DNA from: Hyalangium minutum
GTDB taxonomy: Bacteria > Myxococcota > Myxococcia > Myxococcales > Myxococcaceae
DNA: 248,000 bases
Direction: 5' to 3'
NCBI RefSeq assembly: GCF_000737315.1
Contig: NZ_JMCB01000002.1
Location: 20,001 to 268,000 of the forward strand
The stretch's first letter is position 1. Each line of letters starts with the position of its first letter. Shown here one piece after another: positions 31,000 to 41,473 of the stretch. The notes beneath the pieces were generated by a model. That model was not told where the DNA came from and searched no databases. It saw only the letters and a list, made by a program, of their open reading frames with translations. Made by a program: the position numbers and the translations under genes.

Positions 31000-32532
31000 A
31001 TGACTGCGCTGATGAGCAAGGCTACCCGCGGGCTGTGGACCCTTGCCGGGTTGGTCCTCGCTGCGGGCATCGCTTCCTTTGTCTACCGGCACTCGCCTCC
31101 CGGCGTGGAGCCAGGGCTGCGGCTCGGCGGCTCCTACCTGCAGGTGGCCCTGTCGCCGCTGCTGTTCTTGAGCGCCGGGCTGGCGATTGCGCTGGGCGTG
31201 GGCGCGCGACTCGTCACGTCCTTTGCGCACAAGGCGCCTCCGCCCATGGCGAAGCGGCCTGCCTTGTCTCCGCTGGAGGTGGTGAACGAGGACGTGGCCA
31301 TTGTCGTGCGCGAGATGCTGGTGGAGCTGGGCCGGTACCTGCGCAGCATCGTCACCCAGCCCGAGCCGGACATCATCGTCTTCATGGACTCGCTGATGGA
31401 TGGGGCCATCCGCGTCGGTGCCAGTGACGTCCACATCCACCCGCTCGAGTCGGGTACGCGCATCGCCTTCCGCGTCCACGGTGTGCTGGAGGAGGTCATC
31501 ACCATCCCCCGCGAGCACCACCCGCGCCTCATCAACCGCATCAAGGTGCTGGCGAAGCTCACCCTCTACAAGCTCGACAAGCCGCAGGACGGACATTTCC
31601 CGCTCTCCACCCATGAGGGCCCCGCCGACGTCCGCGTCTCGATTCTCCCCACCAACCACGGCGAGGCCGTGGCGCTGCGCATCGCTCGCACGGGCGTGAA
31701 GCTGCCGCAGCTCACGGCGCTCGGGTTCCCGCCTGTGCTGCAGGAGCGCTACCAGCGCATCCTCGGGCTGCCCCAGGGCGTCATCTTCGTCGCGGGCGCC
31801 ACGGGCAGCGGTAAGACGACGTCGCTGTATGCCTCGCTGGGCTTCATCAAGGAGTCCCGCGGCGAGCTGACGCGCATCGCGACCATCGAGGACCCTGTCG
31901 AGTTCGACGTGCCCCTCTTCGCGCAGACGCAGGTCAACGCCGAGCAGGGCTTCACGTTCGCGCAGGGTCTGCGCTCGGTGCTGCGCCAGGACCCGAACGT
32001 CATCATGGTGGGCGAGATCCGCGATCCGGAGACGGCGCGCACGGCCATTCAGGCGGGCCTGAGCGGTCACTTGATCGTCACCACCATCCACGCGAACTCG
32101 GCCTCGGGCGTGTTCAACCGGCTCATCGAGATGGGCGCGGAGCCGTTCCTCCTGGCATCTGCCACGGTGGCCACCATCTCGCAGCGCCTGGTGCGCGCAC
32201 TGTGCCCGCACTGCCGCACGCCGTCGCCCATCAGTCCCGAAGAGGTCATCCGCTTGGACTCGGCGGGACTGGCGGGGGGCACGTTCTACAGCCCAGTGGG
32301 CTGCCAGCGCTGCGGCGGTAGCGGGTACCTGGGCCGCACGGCCATCTACGAGATGCTGGTGGTGACACCGGCCATCCGCGATGCCATCAACGCCAAGCTG
32401 CCTTCGCCTCAGCTGCAGGAGATCGCGATGAAGGAAGGGATGGTGCCGCTGCTGGCGGCGGGGGTGGAGCGGGCGCGCGCCGGGGCGACGACGCTGCGTG
32501 AGGTGTTCCGAGTCGTCGGCGGTGGAGCCTGA
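31000..32532 (+). CDS. GspE/PilB-family secretion ATPase with N-terminal TMs
   Basis: ASDVHIHP, GATGSGKTT, TIEDPVE, LRQDPNVIMVGEIRD, CxxC pairs. Confidence 0.9.
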   Translation: MTALMSKATRGLWTLAGLVLAAGIASFVYRHSPPGVEPGLRLGGSYLQVALSPLLFLSAGLAIALGVGARLVTSFAHKAPPPMAKRPALSPLEVVNEDVAIVVREMLVELGRYLRSIVTQPEPDIIVFMDSLMDGAIRVGASDVHIHPLESGTRIAFRVHGVLEEVITIPREHHPRLINRIKVLAKLTLYKLDKPQDGHFPLSTHEGPADVRVSILPTNHGEAVALRIARTGVKLPQLTALGFPPVLQERYQRILGLPQGVIFVAGATGSGKTTSLYASLGFIKESRGELTRIATIEDPVEFDVPLFAQTQVNAEQGFTFAQGLRSVLRQDPNVIMVGEIRDPETARTAIQAGLSGHLIVTTIHANSASGVFNRLIEMGAEPFLLASATVATISQRLVRALCPHCRTPSPISPEEVIRLDSAGLAGGTFYSPVGCQRCGGSGYLGRTAIYEMLVVTPAIRDAINAKLPSPQLQEIAMKEGMVPLLAAGVERARAGATTLREVFRVVGGGA

Positions 32533-32549
32533 GGGCGGGGAGAAGTCAC

Positions 32550-33278
32550 GTGAGCAACGCCAAGGATCCCCAGCAGGACGAGATGATGGACGCGCTCATG
32601 GGCCGAGCCCAGGAGACCGAGCACGTCCAGTCGCGCTTCTCCAATCTTCAGGCTCCCGGTCAGTCCCCGAGCGGGCAGCCGGATCAGCCTGGAGCCAGGG
32701 GCTCGGGGACGCCGGTGTCGACGGGAACGGTGTCCGTGCACCAGCCGCTCCGGGACAAGGTGGGCACGTTCCTGCCCTCGACGGAGGGCGGGCTGTGGAA
32801 GGTGGCGGGGGCGCTGCGGCTGGGCGCGGCGGGGTTCGGGCTGATGACAGCGGTGCTGTTCGTGATGCCGGAACTGAAGGGGACGTTCCAGGCGCCGTCG
32901 TCGTTCTCGTCGCCGTCGTCGTCATCGCCGTCCGATTCGGGGAAGCAGCCGACGTACAAGACGATCGCGCCGACACTCGATACGCCGGCGGCGAACCCGG
33001 AGCAGGTCATCACCGAGCAGAGCGCGGCCTTCGATGGCGCGTCGGTCCTGATGATCGAGTCCGAGCAGAGTGGGGTTTCGGTGCGGGTGGACGGCAACGA
33101 CCAGGGGAACACGCCGGTGTCGCTGACGCTGGACTGCCTGCCAGGCAAGCCCATCAAGGTGGAGGTGTCGCGCAAGGGTTACGAGCGCGCGCAGCACCTG
33201 ACGTTCTGCCGCCCGGATACGATGATCAAGCTGTACGCCCGGCTGCGCAAAGTGGAGAAGGCGGGCGGAGCGAAGTAG
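32550..33278 (+). CDS. PEGA domain protein
   Basis: TM, then VRVDG..GNTP. Confidence 0.7.
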   Translation: MSNAKDPQQDEMMDALMGRAQETEHVQSRFSNLQAPGQSPSGQPDQPGARGSGTPVSTGTVSVHQPLRDKVGTFLPSTEGGLWKVAGALRLGAAGFGLMTAVLFVMPELKGTFQAPSSFSSPSSSSPSDSGKQPTYKTIAPTLDTPAANPEQVITEQSAAFDGASVLMIESEQSGVSVRVDGNDQGNTPVSLTLDCLPGKPIKVEVSRKGYERAQHLTFCRPDTMIKLYARLRKVEKAGGAK

Positions 33279-33284
33279 CGCGGC

Positions 33285-34130
33285 TCAGCGGGAGACGGGG
33301 CTGGGAGGCCAGGACACGGGCCGGTCATTGAACCGGGCGCGGAGTCCATCGAGCGCCTGGAGTCGCACGTCGCGGTTGTACTTCTGGGCGCCGCTGACGG
33401 CTCCGAAGATGGTGCCTGTGTACCAGATCATCTCGAGCGCCCCGAGGAGCACGGCAACACCCACCTGATCGCGGCGGATGGACTCATAGAGGGCGAAGGA
33501 GAACAGGCCGTTCCATCCCAAGGCCGCGAGCCCGGTTAGTGGCTCACCGATGTAGAGGTGCCCGGCGCCCGGGACGATGGAGAGCAGCCCCGCGAGCAGG
33601 GGAGACTTGCGGGGCAGGGAGGGCCAGCTCCGAGCCGCCTGGGTCAGCGGGCCTTTCTCGGGGAGAGAGGAGACAGAGGCAAAGGCGTCCAGAGCCTCTT
33701 CTCCGCGGTCTTCCGCGAGCAGCGCCCAGCCCAGCAGATAGCGAGCACGGTCGGTGTCTGCGGGTGGCTGTGCGTCGTTCCACCGGAGGAAGGAGCGGAG
33801 GGAGAGGATCGCGGCCTGGGAGCGGCCCGAGGCGTAGCGCGCCCAACCGACCTCCAGCTGCGTCCGGGCTCGCCACTCGGGAGAGAGCTCAGCCAGGGAG
33901 AGGAAGTGGGCCTCGGCCGCATCGGGTTGCTCTCCGTGCACATAGGCGCGGCCAATGGCGAGCCGGGCCTCATCCGCCAGGGGAGAGTCCGGGTACAGAT
34001 AGAGGAAGCGTTTGTACTCACCGATGGCGCGGTAGTAGTCGCCCTCGGTGTCGAGAGCGCGGGCGAAGCCCAGCTGCTGCTCCGCGTCGGGCGCTCCTGC
34101 GAGTACGAGGGCCAGAAGGGTCAAGAGCAC
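33285..34130 (-). CDS. TPR protein with C-terminal TM segments
   Basis: TPR repeats, LSIVPGAGHLY. Confidence 0.7.
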   Translation of the reverse strand: MLLTLLALVLAGAPDAEQQLGFARALDTEGDYYRAIGEYKRFLYLYPDSPLADEARLAIGRAYVHGEQPDAAEAHFLSLAELSPEWRARTQLEVGWARYASGRSQAAILSLRSFLRWNDAQPPADTDRARYLLGWALLAEDRGEEALDAFASVSSLPEKGPLTQAARSWPSLPRKSPLLAGLLSIVPGAGHLYIGEPLTGLAALGWNGLFSFALYESIRRDQVGVAVLLGALEMIWYTGTIFGAVSGAQKYNRDVRLQALDGLRARFNDRPVSWPPSPVSR

Positions 34131-34140
34131 GAATGCTCCT

Positions 34141-34833
34141 CTAACAATTGCTCGTGGGGGGTACCGGCTGAGGATAGAGGAGCTGCATCGGATCCCAGAC
34201 GTATTTGTCGATGGGGATCCAGGTGAAGTGGCTGAGGGCGTGCTTCTCAGTGAAGCGCATGAAGCGCTCGGAGACCATGAGAACTCCCCACATGCCTCGG
34301 GGACGGAACACGTCCTCCCCGTTCCAGGTTCCTGGCTCCAAGGCGAGTCCGTCGATGGCCCCAGGACCGATGGCGCGGCACCAGGTGCACCGCATGGGCT
34401 TGTGGATCAGGATGTGGCTACGGCTCATGTCCAGCGCGGGCTGGCCGTAGGTGGGCAGCACATAGAGATACCGAGGCGGTGGTCCGGGCTTGGGGCCACG
34501 GCGTTTCCGGCGGACCCGCAGAATCTCCACCGGCTGGAAGCCACTGAGCCCCGTCAGGCCCTCGGCCTTGAAGTCTTCAGCAAAGCGCTCGGTTACCAGC
34601 AGTCCACCGCTGGGCTCCTGCATGAGGTCTCCGAAGTCCTTGCCGTAGAGCTCCAACTCACCTTGGAACGGAGGCTCCCAAGTCAGCATCCCCACGGTCT
34701 CTCCGCATTGAGGACAGCGCAGCGCAGGGCCGACATTCGCCTTGCTCGGGCTGAACTCCGTGTCGTGCTGGCCCTCAGTGAGCTTCTTCATGACGAAGAA
34801 GCGCGGTGGGGTTGAAGAAAAGTTAGCAGCCAT
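34141..34833 (-). CDS. double-CXXCG motif immunity-like protein (orphan)
   Basis: CPQCG and CTWCR; resembles myxobacterial SitI-type proteins. Confidence 0.6.
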   Translation of the reverse strand: MAANFSSTPPRFFVMKKLTEGQHDTEFSPSKANVGPALRCPQCGETVGMLTWEPPFQGELELYGKDFGDLMQEPSGGLLVTERFAEDFKAEGLTGLSGFQPVEILRVRRKRRGPKPGPPPRYLYVLPTYGQPALDMSRSHILIHKPMRCTWCRAIGPGAIDGLALEPGTWNGEDVFRPRGMWGVLMVSERFMRFTEKHALSHFTWIPIDKYVWDPMQLLYPQPVPPTSNC

Positions 34834-34927
34834 CAGTGAAGATCGTGCGCATCTCTGGCCGACTACAGAATTACTGCAAGAAGATTTCGAACTCCGCAGG
34901 AGTCACTGTCTTGTGGAATCCAACAAA

Positions 34928-35512
34928 CTATATGGGCGTGTTTGGTGGATTATTTAGTTCCGCTAGTCTGGATGTTTTGCGAATGCGCTCTGCTTCTTCG
35001 AAATACTTGCTGAGTTGCGTGACCTCGTCTGGGCCGAACGCCTCAGGACGGTCCATTATCCTCCGTCGAAGATCAAAGAACTCGGATTCGGCTGTTCGGT
35101 ATGCTCTGTAATTTTCTTCGGCCCGGAAAGCTTTGCTGATTCCGAGTAAGAGTCCGCTGGTTAAAGTTAAGATTGTCATGAATGCTTTCGCCCAAAGATT
35201 TGCTGGATCGTATTCTTGTACCAAGGCTGCAACTAGGATCGAGGCGCTCACGCTCCAGGTGACCGAATAAACATGAAGTCTCTCGAACAAAGCCGCTTTG
35301 CTTTTCCAAAACACTAGAGTGCCCATGAACCGATCGTAGTGCTGCTGAAGGCGCTCTCGGGAAGGCTCTTTGAAATGAACTGCTTTCTCGAAGCCGGAAC
35401 CACCGGGATGCAATTGTACGCGGCGAAAGAGGCTAATGAAGAGGTGAAGAAATGTACCAGCGGCGCATGCTGCCAGGACAGTCGTTGCGATTTGCCAGAG
35501 GTCCACCAACAT
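34928..35512 (-). CDS. SLATT/DUF4231-like membrane effector
   Basis: TM hairpin then ENYRAYRTAESE; visibly AT-richer DNA. Confidence 0.6.
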   Translation of the reverse strand: MLVDLWQIATTVLAACAAGTFLHLFISLFRRVQLHPGGSGFEKAVHFKEPSRERLQQHYDRFMGTLVFWKSKAALFERLHVYSVTWSVSASILVAALVQEYDPANLWAKAFMTILTLTSGLLLGISKAFRAEENYRAYRTAESEFFDLRRRIMDRPEAFGPDEVTQLSKYFEEAERIRKTSRLAELNNPPNTPI

Positions 35513-35823
35513 TCAACAGCCTCTCCGAAGAAGTATTGTTAGAGAGTGTATCGAAACTGAGGATTCGAAGGGCAAGTCCACTAGGTGCGTGTCGGAGTAC
35601 CGCCAAAATTCGGCTCCTACATACGATCTGTAGCGGTGCGTGTAGATCGCACCACTCATGATGTAGTGGGTCGTCGAGGTTCTCCGACAGGCTCCTAGCG
35701 GGTCTTGTTGCATAGAAAATCACTTTGGGCTTCGTTGCGCTCAAACTTGAGGGTTCCTAATTCGTGCAAGTTGGGTGTGGATTCCATCCTGCGAATGATG
35801 GGACTACTTGCAAGTAGAGCCAC

Positions 35824-36216
35824 TCAGGGAAACCAAAACGTGCTCTCCTCGAGCGGATCCACGAAGACGATTCGCCCCGCTCGCAGCGTCACGGGGAGTT
35901 GCCGCGCCGCAGAGGACTGGGTGCCTCGCAGCAGCCGATCATAGGCCAGCCAGAGCCCCACCACGCCATGCCGGCTGACCGCCTCTCGCGCGTAGGCTGA
36001 GCAGGTGGGCCAGTGCGAGCAACGCGGACCATCGATGGGCGTCACGACGGTTCGGTAGAAGAGATAGGCCACCTGGAGGAAGTCCCCGGCGGGCGGCTCG
36101 TGCCGCACGGGAGCGGCACGAACCACTTCACGAGTGACGGGGTGGCGGGCACTCCCGAACGGCGGCGGAGAGACCGTCAGGGTCCAGGTGGTGGCTGCGG
36201 CGAGGACGAAGCGCAT
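35824..36216 (-). CDS. YidD-like protein
   Basis: RCSHWPTCSAYAREAV..HG. Confidence 0.75.
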   Translation of the reverse strand: MRFVLAAATTWTLTVSPPPFGSARHPVTREVVRAAPVRHEPPAGDFLQVAYLFYRTVVTPIDGPRCSHWPTCSAYAREAVSRHGVVGLWLAYDRLLRGTQSSAARQLPVTLRAGRIVFVDPLEESTFWFP

Positions 36217-36221
36217 GGAAC

Positions 36222-37910
36222 TCAGGGCGCAGCGTTATAGACCGCGTCTCCACCCACCACGGTCATCCGCACCTGGGCCGTGAGCAGGTCCGATGGCTGC
36301 GCGTCCACCGGATCCACCGAGAGCGCCACGAAGTCCGCATCCATCCCCGGCTTCAGCCGCCCACGCAGGTCCTCCGCGAAGGACGCATAGGCGTTGCCCA
36401 CCGTGAAGCCCTCGAGCGCCTCTTCGCCGCTGAGGCGCTGGTCCGGGAGCCAGCCGCCCGGAGGTTGGCCCGCCGCGTCCTGCCGCGTGCGCGCCGCATA
36501 CAGCCCCGCGAGCATGTCCGGACGCTCCACCGGGAAGTCGCTGCCCAGCGCCAGAGTCGCCCCCGCCGCCTTGAGCCGCTGCCACGCATAGGCCCCGCGA
36601 ATGCGCTCGGGCCCCACGCGCGTCTCCGCCCACGGCATGTCGCTGGTGGCGTGCGTGGGCTGCACGCTCGCAATGAACCCGTTTGCCCCCAGCTTCGTGA
36701 TGTCCTCCAGCCGCATCACCTGCGCGTGCTCCACGCGGTGGCGCCCCTTGCGAACGCCCTCGGGGCCCGCCACGCGCAGCAGCGTGTCGACGACGAGGGT
36801 GTTGGCCCGGTCCCCGATCGCGTGCGTGGCCACCTGGAAGCCCCGGCCGATGAACGCCCGCACCCGAGCTTCATACTCCTCGGGGCTGAGCAGAAGCAGG
36901 CCGCTCTGGCTGGGCTCATCGCTGTACGGCTTGTGGAGCGCCGCGCCCCGGCTGCCCAATGCCCCGTCCACCATCAGCTTCACCGCCCGCATCGTCAGCC
37001 GGTTGCCCTGGAACGGCCCCATCTCCAGGAACTTCTCCCAGTCGGGCCCCATCCCCGCTGCCATCGCGTAGACGCGCAGCGGGAGGCGGTTCTCGGCGTC
37101 CCAGCGCTTGAGCAGGTTGAAGGTCCGCAGGTCCATGCCCGCGTCATGCACGCCCGTCATTCCATGGCGCGCGCACACGGACAGCGCCGCCGTGAGCTGG
37201 GCCTCGAACTGCTCGTCCGTGGGTGGAGGCATGACGGCATCGATGAGGTTCATCGCGTTGTCCACGAGGATGCCGGTGGGCTCGCCATCCGGGCCTCGGA
37301 CGATGCGCCCGCCCTGCGGATCCTTCGTGTCCCGGGTGATGTGCGCGCGCCGCAGGGCCTCTCCGTTGACCCAGAGGGCATGGCCGTCGATGCGTGACAA
37401 GGCAATGGGCGTGGTGGGCCAGCCCGCATCCAGCTCCGTTCGCGTAGGGAACGTCTTCTCCGGCCAGTCGTTCTGGTCCCACCCTTGTCCGATGAGCCAG
37501 TCTCCCTGGTACGCGGCGCGGGTTGCGGCCTTCAGGCGATCGATGACCTGCTGCCGCGAGTCTGCCCCCACCAACGCCACGGCGGAGAGCGCACGGCCCA
37601 GCCCCTCCAGGTGTCCATGGGCGTCGGTGAGACCCGGCACCACCGTCGCCGCCCCGAGATCCACCACGCGCGCGTCATGGCCCGCCGCGGCGTGCACCTC
37701 TTCGCGGGAGCCCACCGCCAGCACCTTGCCATCTCGCACGGCGAGGGCCTCGGCCAGCGGGCGCGCCGGATCGAGCGTCCGGATCCGATGGGCGACGTAC
37801 ACGGTGGTGGTGGAAGAGGGAGGAGGCTGCACCTCCGGGCCGCGCCGGGGACAGCCGGCCACGCACACCAGGAGGAGCACTGCCGCGGAGGCATATCGAA
37901 CACGTTGCAT
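36222..37910 (-). CDS. amidohydrolase 3 (YtcJ-like) lipoprotein
   Basis: PGLTDAHGH, THAIGDRA, RVEHAQ, LGSDFP. Confidence 0.9.
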   Translation of the reverse strand: MQRVRYASAAVLLLVCVAGCPRRGPEVQPPPSSTTTVYVAHRIRTLDPARPLAEALAVRDGKVLAVGSREEVHAAAGHDARVVDLGAATVVPGLTDAHGHLEGLGRALSAVALVGADSRQQVIDRLKAATRAAYQGDWLIGQGWDQNDWPEKTFPTRTELDAGWPTTPIALSRIDGHALWVNGEALRRAHITRDTKDPQGGRIVRGPDGEPTGILVDNAMNLIDAVMPPPTDEQFEAQLTAALSVCARHGMTGVHDAGMDLRTFNLLKRWDAENRLPLRVYAMAAGMGPDWEKFLEMGPFQGNRLTMRAVKLMVDGALGSRGAALHKPYSDEPSQSGLLLLSPEEYEARVRAFIGRGFQVATHAIGDRANTLVVDTLLRVAGPEGVRKGRHRVEHAQVMRLEDITKLGANGFIASVQPTHATSDMPWAETRVGPERIRGAYAWQRLKAAGATLALGSDFPVERPDMLAGLYAARTRQDAAGQPPGGWLPDQRLSGEEALEGFTVGNAYASFAEDLRGRLKPGMDADFVALSVDPVDAQPSDLLTAQVRMTVVGGDAVYNAAP

Positions 37911-38005
37911 CGGGACACCTGCCAGGGGGCCGCCCCGGACGCCGGGGCGAGGGCGCGGCACTCTGGCGCACCCGCGCGTGGCTGGCTACGGCGTTGGTGC
38001 CCCTG

Positions 38006-38779
38006 TCACGGGTGGTCCGGGTGGAGCCGGTGCCGCCACGTGGTGCGCTGCGCGGTGAAGGCGCGATTCTCGAACAGCTTGATGAGCGCTGCCCCCGCCA
38101 CGAAGCCACCGATGTGCGCCCACACCGCGACACCGCCCGAGGCATCCGAACGGATGGACGAGAGCTGCGGCAGGCCGGTGATGAGCTGGAGGACGAACCA
38201 GTAGATGAGCACCACCCAGGCGGGCACGGGGATGATGCGGATGAAGATGATGATGAAGATGAGCAGGTTCACCCGCACGCGCGGGTAGAGCACCAGGTAC
38301 GCCCCCAGAATGCCCGAGATGGCCCCCGAGGCCCCCACCGTGGGCACCGGCGACGCCGGTTCAATCATCACGTGCGCGCCCGCCGCGATGAGCCCACACA
38401 AGAGGTAGAAGACGAGGAAGCGAAACCGCCCCATGCTGTCCTCGATGTTGTTGCCGAAGACCCAGAAGAACAGGCAGTTGCCGAGGAGGTGGCCCCAGCC
38501 TCCGTGGAGGAACATGGAGGTGATCGGGGTGAAGAGGTTGATGGGCTCGTTGTCGATGACACAGGCGGCGGTGCGGCTCATCGGCACCGCGAGCCCCAGT
38601 GGTGCCCGGCCCGTCAGCTCGCCGGGCACCATGCCCCAGTTGCACACGCTCACGGCCAGCGCTTCGCTGTGCAGCCCCGCTCCCTGGAAGAAGAGCCACA
38701 CGAAGACGATGATCCCCAGCAGCAGGTACGTCATCACCGGGGTGCGCAGGGTTGGGTTGTCGTCACTGATAGGAAACAT
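38006..38779 (-). CDS. rhomboid intramembrane protease
   Basis: FLHGGWGHLLGN, GASG, AHIGG. Confidence 0.92.
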   Translation of the reverse strand: MFPISDDNPTLRTPVMTYLLLGIIVFVWLFFQGAGLHSEALAVSVCNWGMVPGELTGRAPLGLAVPMSRTAACVIDNEPINLFTPITSMFLHGGWGHLLGNCLFFWVFGNNIEDSMGRFRFLVFYLLCGLIAAGAHVMIEPASPVPTVGASGAISGILGAYLVLYPRVRVNLLIFIIIFIRIIPVPAWVVLIYWFVLQLITGLPQLSSIRSDASGGVAVWAHIGGFVAGAALIKLFENRAFTAQRTTWRHRLHPDHP

Positions 38780-38906
38780 AGCGGGGCCCCATCATGGGCA
38801 CGGGGGCCCCCCGGCGTCAGGCATTCGCACCTTCCCTGTAAAGCGCATGACGTCCGGGCTCTCCGGCCGTTCCGAGCCGTCCCAGGCCGGTTAACTTCTT
38901 GGGACC

Positions 38907-39812
38907 ATGGTTCCACTCGCGACCCTGTCCCTGTCCCTGCCGTCCCTGCGCATGAAGGCGCTCGAGGCGGGCCCTGCCCATGGGCCGCTCGTCCTGCTCC
39001 TGCACGGCTTCCCAGAGCTGTCCGAGAGTTGGCGCGAGGTGCTCCCGGTGCTCGGGGCCGCGGGCTTCCACGCCGTGGCCCCGGACCTGCGCGGCTATGG
39101 CGGCACGGATCGGCCCAAGCATGGATATGACTTGGACACGCTCGCTGCGGACATCTACCAGCTCGCCCGGCACCTGCAGCCCGGCCGGCCCGTGCATGTG
39201 GTGGGGCATGACTGGGGCGGTGCCATCGCCTACCACCTCGCCGCCCGGCACCCGGAGGTGGTGGACCGGCTCGTCGTCATCAACTGTCCCCACCCGGTGG
39301 TGATGGCCCGGCGCATCTGGAACCCAGCCCAGCTCGCGCGCTCCTGGTACATGTTCTTCTTCCAACTGCCCTGGCTGCCCGAGAAGAAGCTCTCCCAGAA
39401 CCATGGCGCCGCCGTGCCGCGCTCCATCCGCCGGGCCCTGGTGGACAGTTCACGCGTTCCGCCCGAGCGCCTGCAGCCCTACGCGGACAACTTCGCCAGT
39501 CCCGAGGCCGCCCGCGCGGCGCTCGCTTACTACCGCACGGCCATTCGCAGTCTGCTGACGCCCTGGGGCCTGCGCCGCATGCGGGAGGGTTACCCGCGCA
39601 TCCGCGCGCCCTTCCTGCTCATCTGGGGCGAGGAGGACGTGGCCCTCGGCCGCGAGCTCACCTACGATTTGGAGCCCTGGTTCGAGCACCCGCCGCAGGT
39701 GCGCTATCTGCCGAACGTGGGGCACTTCGTCCCATTGGAGGCCCCGGAGCAGGTGGCCTCGCTGCTGACGGAGTTCCTCGGAGTCGAGGCGCCCCGGGCG
39801 CAGGCCCATTGA
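38907..39812 (+). CDS. alpha/beta hydrolase (epoxide hydrolase-like)
   Basis: HGFPE, GHDWGG. Confidence 0.9.
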   Translation: MVPLATLSLSLPSLRMKALEAGPAHGPLVLLLHGFPELSESWREVLPVLGAAGFHAVAPDLRGYGGTDRPKHGYDLDTLAADIYQLARHLQPGRPVHVVGHDWGGAIAYHLAARHPEVVDRLVVINCPHPVVMARRIWNPAQLARSWYMFFFQLPWLPEKKLSQNHGAAVPRSIRRALVDSSRVPPERLQPYADNFASPEAARAALAYYRTAIRSLLTPWGLRRMREGYPRIRAPFLLIWGEEDVALGRELTYDLEPWFEHPPQVRYLPNVGHFVPLEAPEQVASLLTEFLGVEAPRAQAH

Positions 39813-39891
39813 CAATCCATACATCGTGCCTCTTGGCTCGGACGGGGGCCCGTGCTTTGAACGAGGCTCCTCTCACCGCTGGAGCCGAACC

Positions 39892-40404
39892 ATGACGCTG
39901 TCGAAGTCCCCGCTGGGTTCCACCGCGCTGTTGCTGGTGGCCGCTCTCGCCCTCTCCACTGGCTGTGCCGCCAATCGCCGGGAGACCTATCTCCAGGAGA
40001 AGGCTGGTACCCACGTCTACCGCCAGCCCCTCGCCGAGGTGTGGCCCAAGGCCAAGGAGCTCCTCACCGAGGAGGGCTATTCTGTCATGGAGGCCAAGGG
40101 CGGCTTCGAGATGCAGACGGACTGGACGATGCAGGGCGCTCCCTCCTCGCTGGGCACCGCCTACGCGCGCTACCTCGTGCGCGGCATCGAGAAGGGCCCG
40201 GGCCAGTCCACGGTGGAGTTCCTCAGGCAGAACCGCGTCGAGTCCCAGGGCGCCCACGACACCAACACGGGCGCTGCCTCGGCCGCTGCGGCGGACTCCA
40301 GCTCGCTCACCCGCGACTATGCGCTGGAGTGGAAGCTGCTCCAGAAGGTGGATCCGGAGACCGCCAAGGCCTGGGAGGCCGAGGCCGCTCAGAAGGTGCA
40401 GTAG
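39892..40404 (+). CDS. lipoprotein
   Basis: STGC lipobox. Confidence 0.6.
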   Translation: MTLSKSPLGSTALLLVAALALSTGCAANRRETYLQEKAGTHVYRQPLAEVWPKAKELLTEEGYSVMEAKGGFEMQTDWTMQGAPSSLGTAYARYLVRGIEKGPGQSTVEFLRQNRVESQGAHDTNTGAASAAAADSSSLTRDYALEWKLLQKVDPETAKAWEAEAAQKVQ

Positions 40405-40410
40405 CCCCGC

Positions 40411-41334
40411 TCAGTCCCGCAGAGGGACTTCCACGGTGAGCCCGTCGTGGGCCACCTCCACCGGCCCCTTGAACTCCTCGCGCGCCTGCACGAGCAGCTT
40501 CGAGGGGTCGGTGTCGTGCCGGCTGGACAGGTGCGTGAGGATGAGGCGCCGCACACCTGCCTCGTGCGCCACCCGCGCCGCCTCGCGCGCCGTGGAGTGC
40601 CGCGTCTCCAGCGCCCGCTCCTGCTCGTCATCGCTGAAGGTGGACTCGTGGATGAGCAGGTCCGCGTCCTTCGCCGCTCGCGTCAGCGAGGCGCACGGCC
40701 GCGTGTCGCCGGAGATGACCAGCCGCCTCCCGCTGCGCGGTGCTCCCAGCACGTCCTCGGGCCGCACCGTGGTGCCGTCCGGCAGCGTCACGCTCTCGCC
40801 CTTCTGCAGCCGGCCGAAGTCCGGGCCCGGCGGCACCCCGAGCGCCTTCGCCTTCTCCAGATGGAAGCGCCCGGGCCGGTCATCCTCCGCCAGCACGTAC
40901 CCCAGCGCGTTGATGCGGTGGTCCACGCCCACCGCGTGCACCGTGTAGCCCTCGCGGCGCACGCTGTCCCCGTCCTTCAGCTCGTGAATCTCCACCGGGA
41001 AGGCCAGCTGCTCCACGCCCAGGTGCACCGCCTGGTGCAGCACGCGCTTGGCGGTGGGCGGGCCGTACAGGCGCACGGGCTGGGCGCGCCCCATCATCCC
41101 CAGCGTCCGCAGGAAGCCGATGATTCCCAGGTAGTGGTCCGCGTGGAAGTGCGTGAAGAAGACGGCGTCCACGGTGAAGCCAGTGCCGTAGCGCACCATC
41201 TGCCGCTGGCTGCCCTCGCCACAATCGAAGAGCAGCAGGTCCGCATCCGCCTTCACCGCCAGCCCGGAGAGGTTCCGGTGCAGCGTGGGCTGCGCGGCGG
41301 AGGTGCCAAGGAAGGTGAGCCTCAGAAGAGTCAT
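40411..41334 (-). CDS. rnz: ribonuclease Z
   Basis: FLGTSA, THFHADH, SGDTRP, HEST, THLSSR. Confidence 0.92.
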   Translation of the reverse strand: MTLLRLTFLGTSAAQPTLHRNLSGLAVKADADLLLFDCGEGSQRQMVRYGTGFTVDAVFFTHFHADHYLGIIGFLRTLGMMGRAQPVRLYGPPTAKRVLHQAVHLGVEQLAFPVEIHELKDGDSVRREGYTVHAVGVDHRINALGYVLAEDDRPGRFHLEKAKALGVPPGPDFGRLQKGESVTLPDGTTVRPEDVLGAPRSGRRLVISGDTRPCASLTRAAKDADLLIHESTFSDDEQERALETRHSTAREAARVAHEAGVRRLILTHLSSRHDTDPSKLLVQAREEFKGPVEVAHDGLTVEVPLRD

Positions 41335-41473
41335 GCCGGCGCTTCCCACGAAAGAGAGGTCCTCCCGCGTCAACGGCCCTTCCTCCAGGGAGCGGAGGGG
41401 ACGCGAGGCCGCACGCGTGCGGGCCATTTAGCAGGCTTGGCCGGGCCCGTGGTATGGACCGCGCCCCTGTCCC

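Noticed and set aside
34872-34927. Possible toxin C-terminal remnant (FVGFHKTVTPAEFEIFLQ*) between the SLATT and immunity genes
   Set aside because: 18 residues with only weak resemblance; not supportable.
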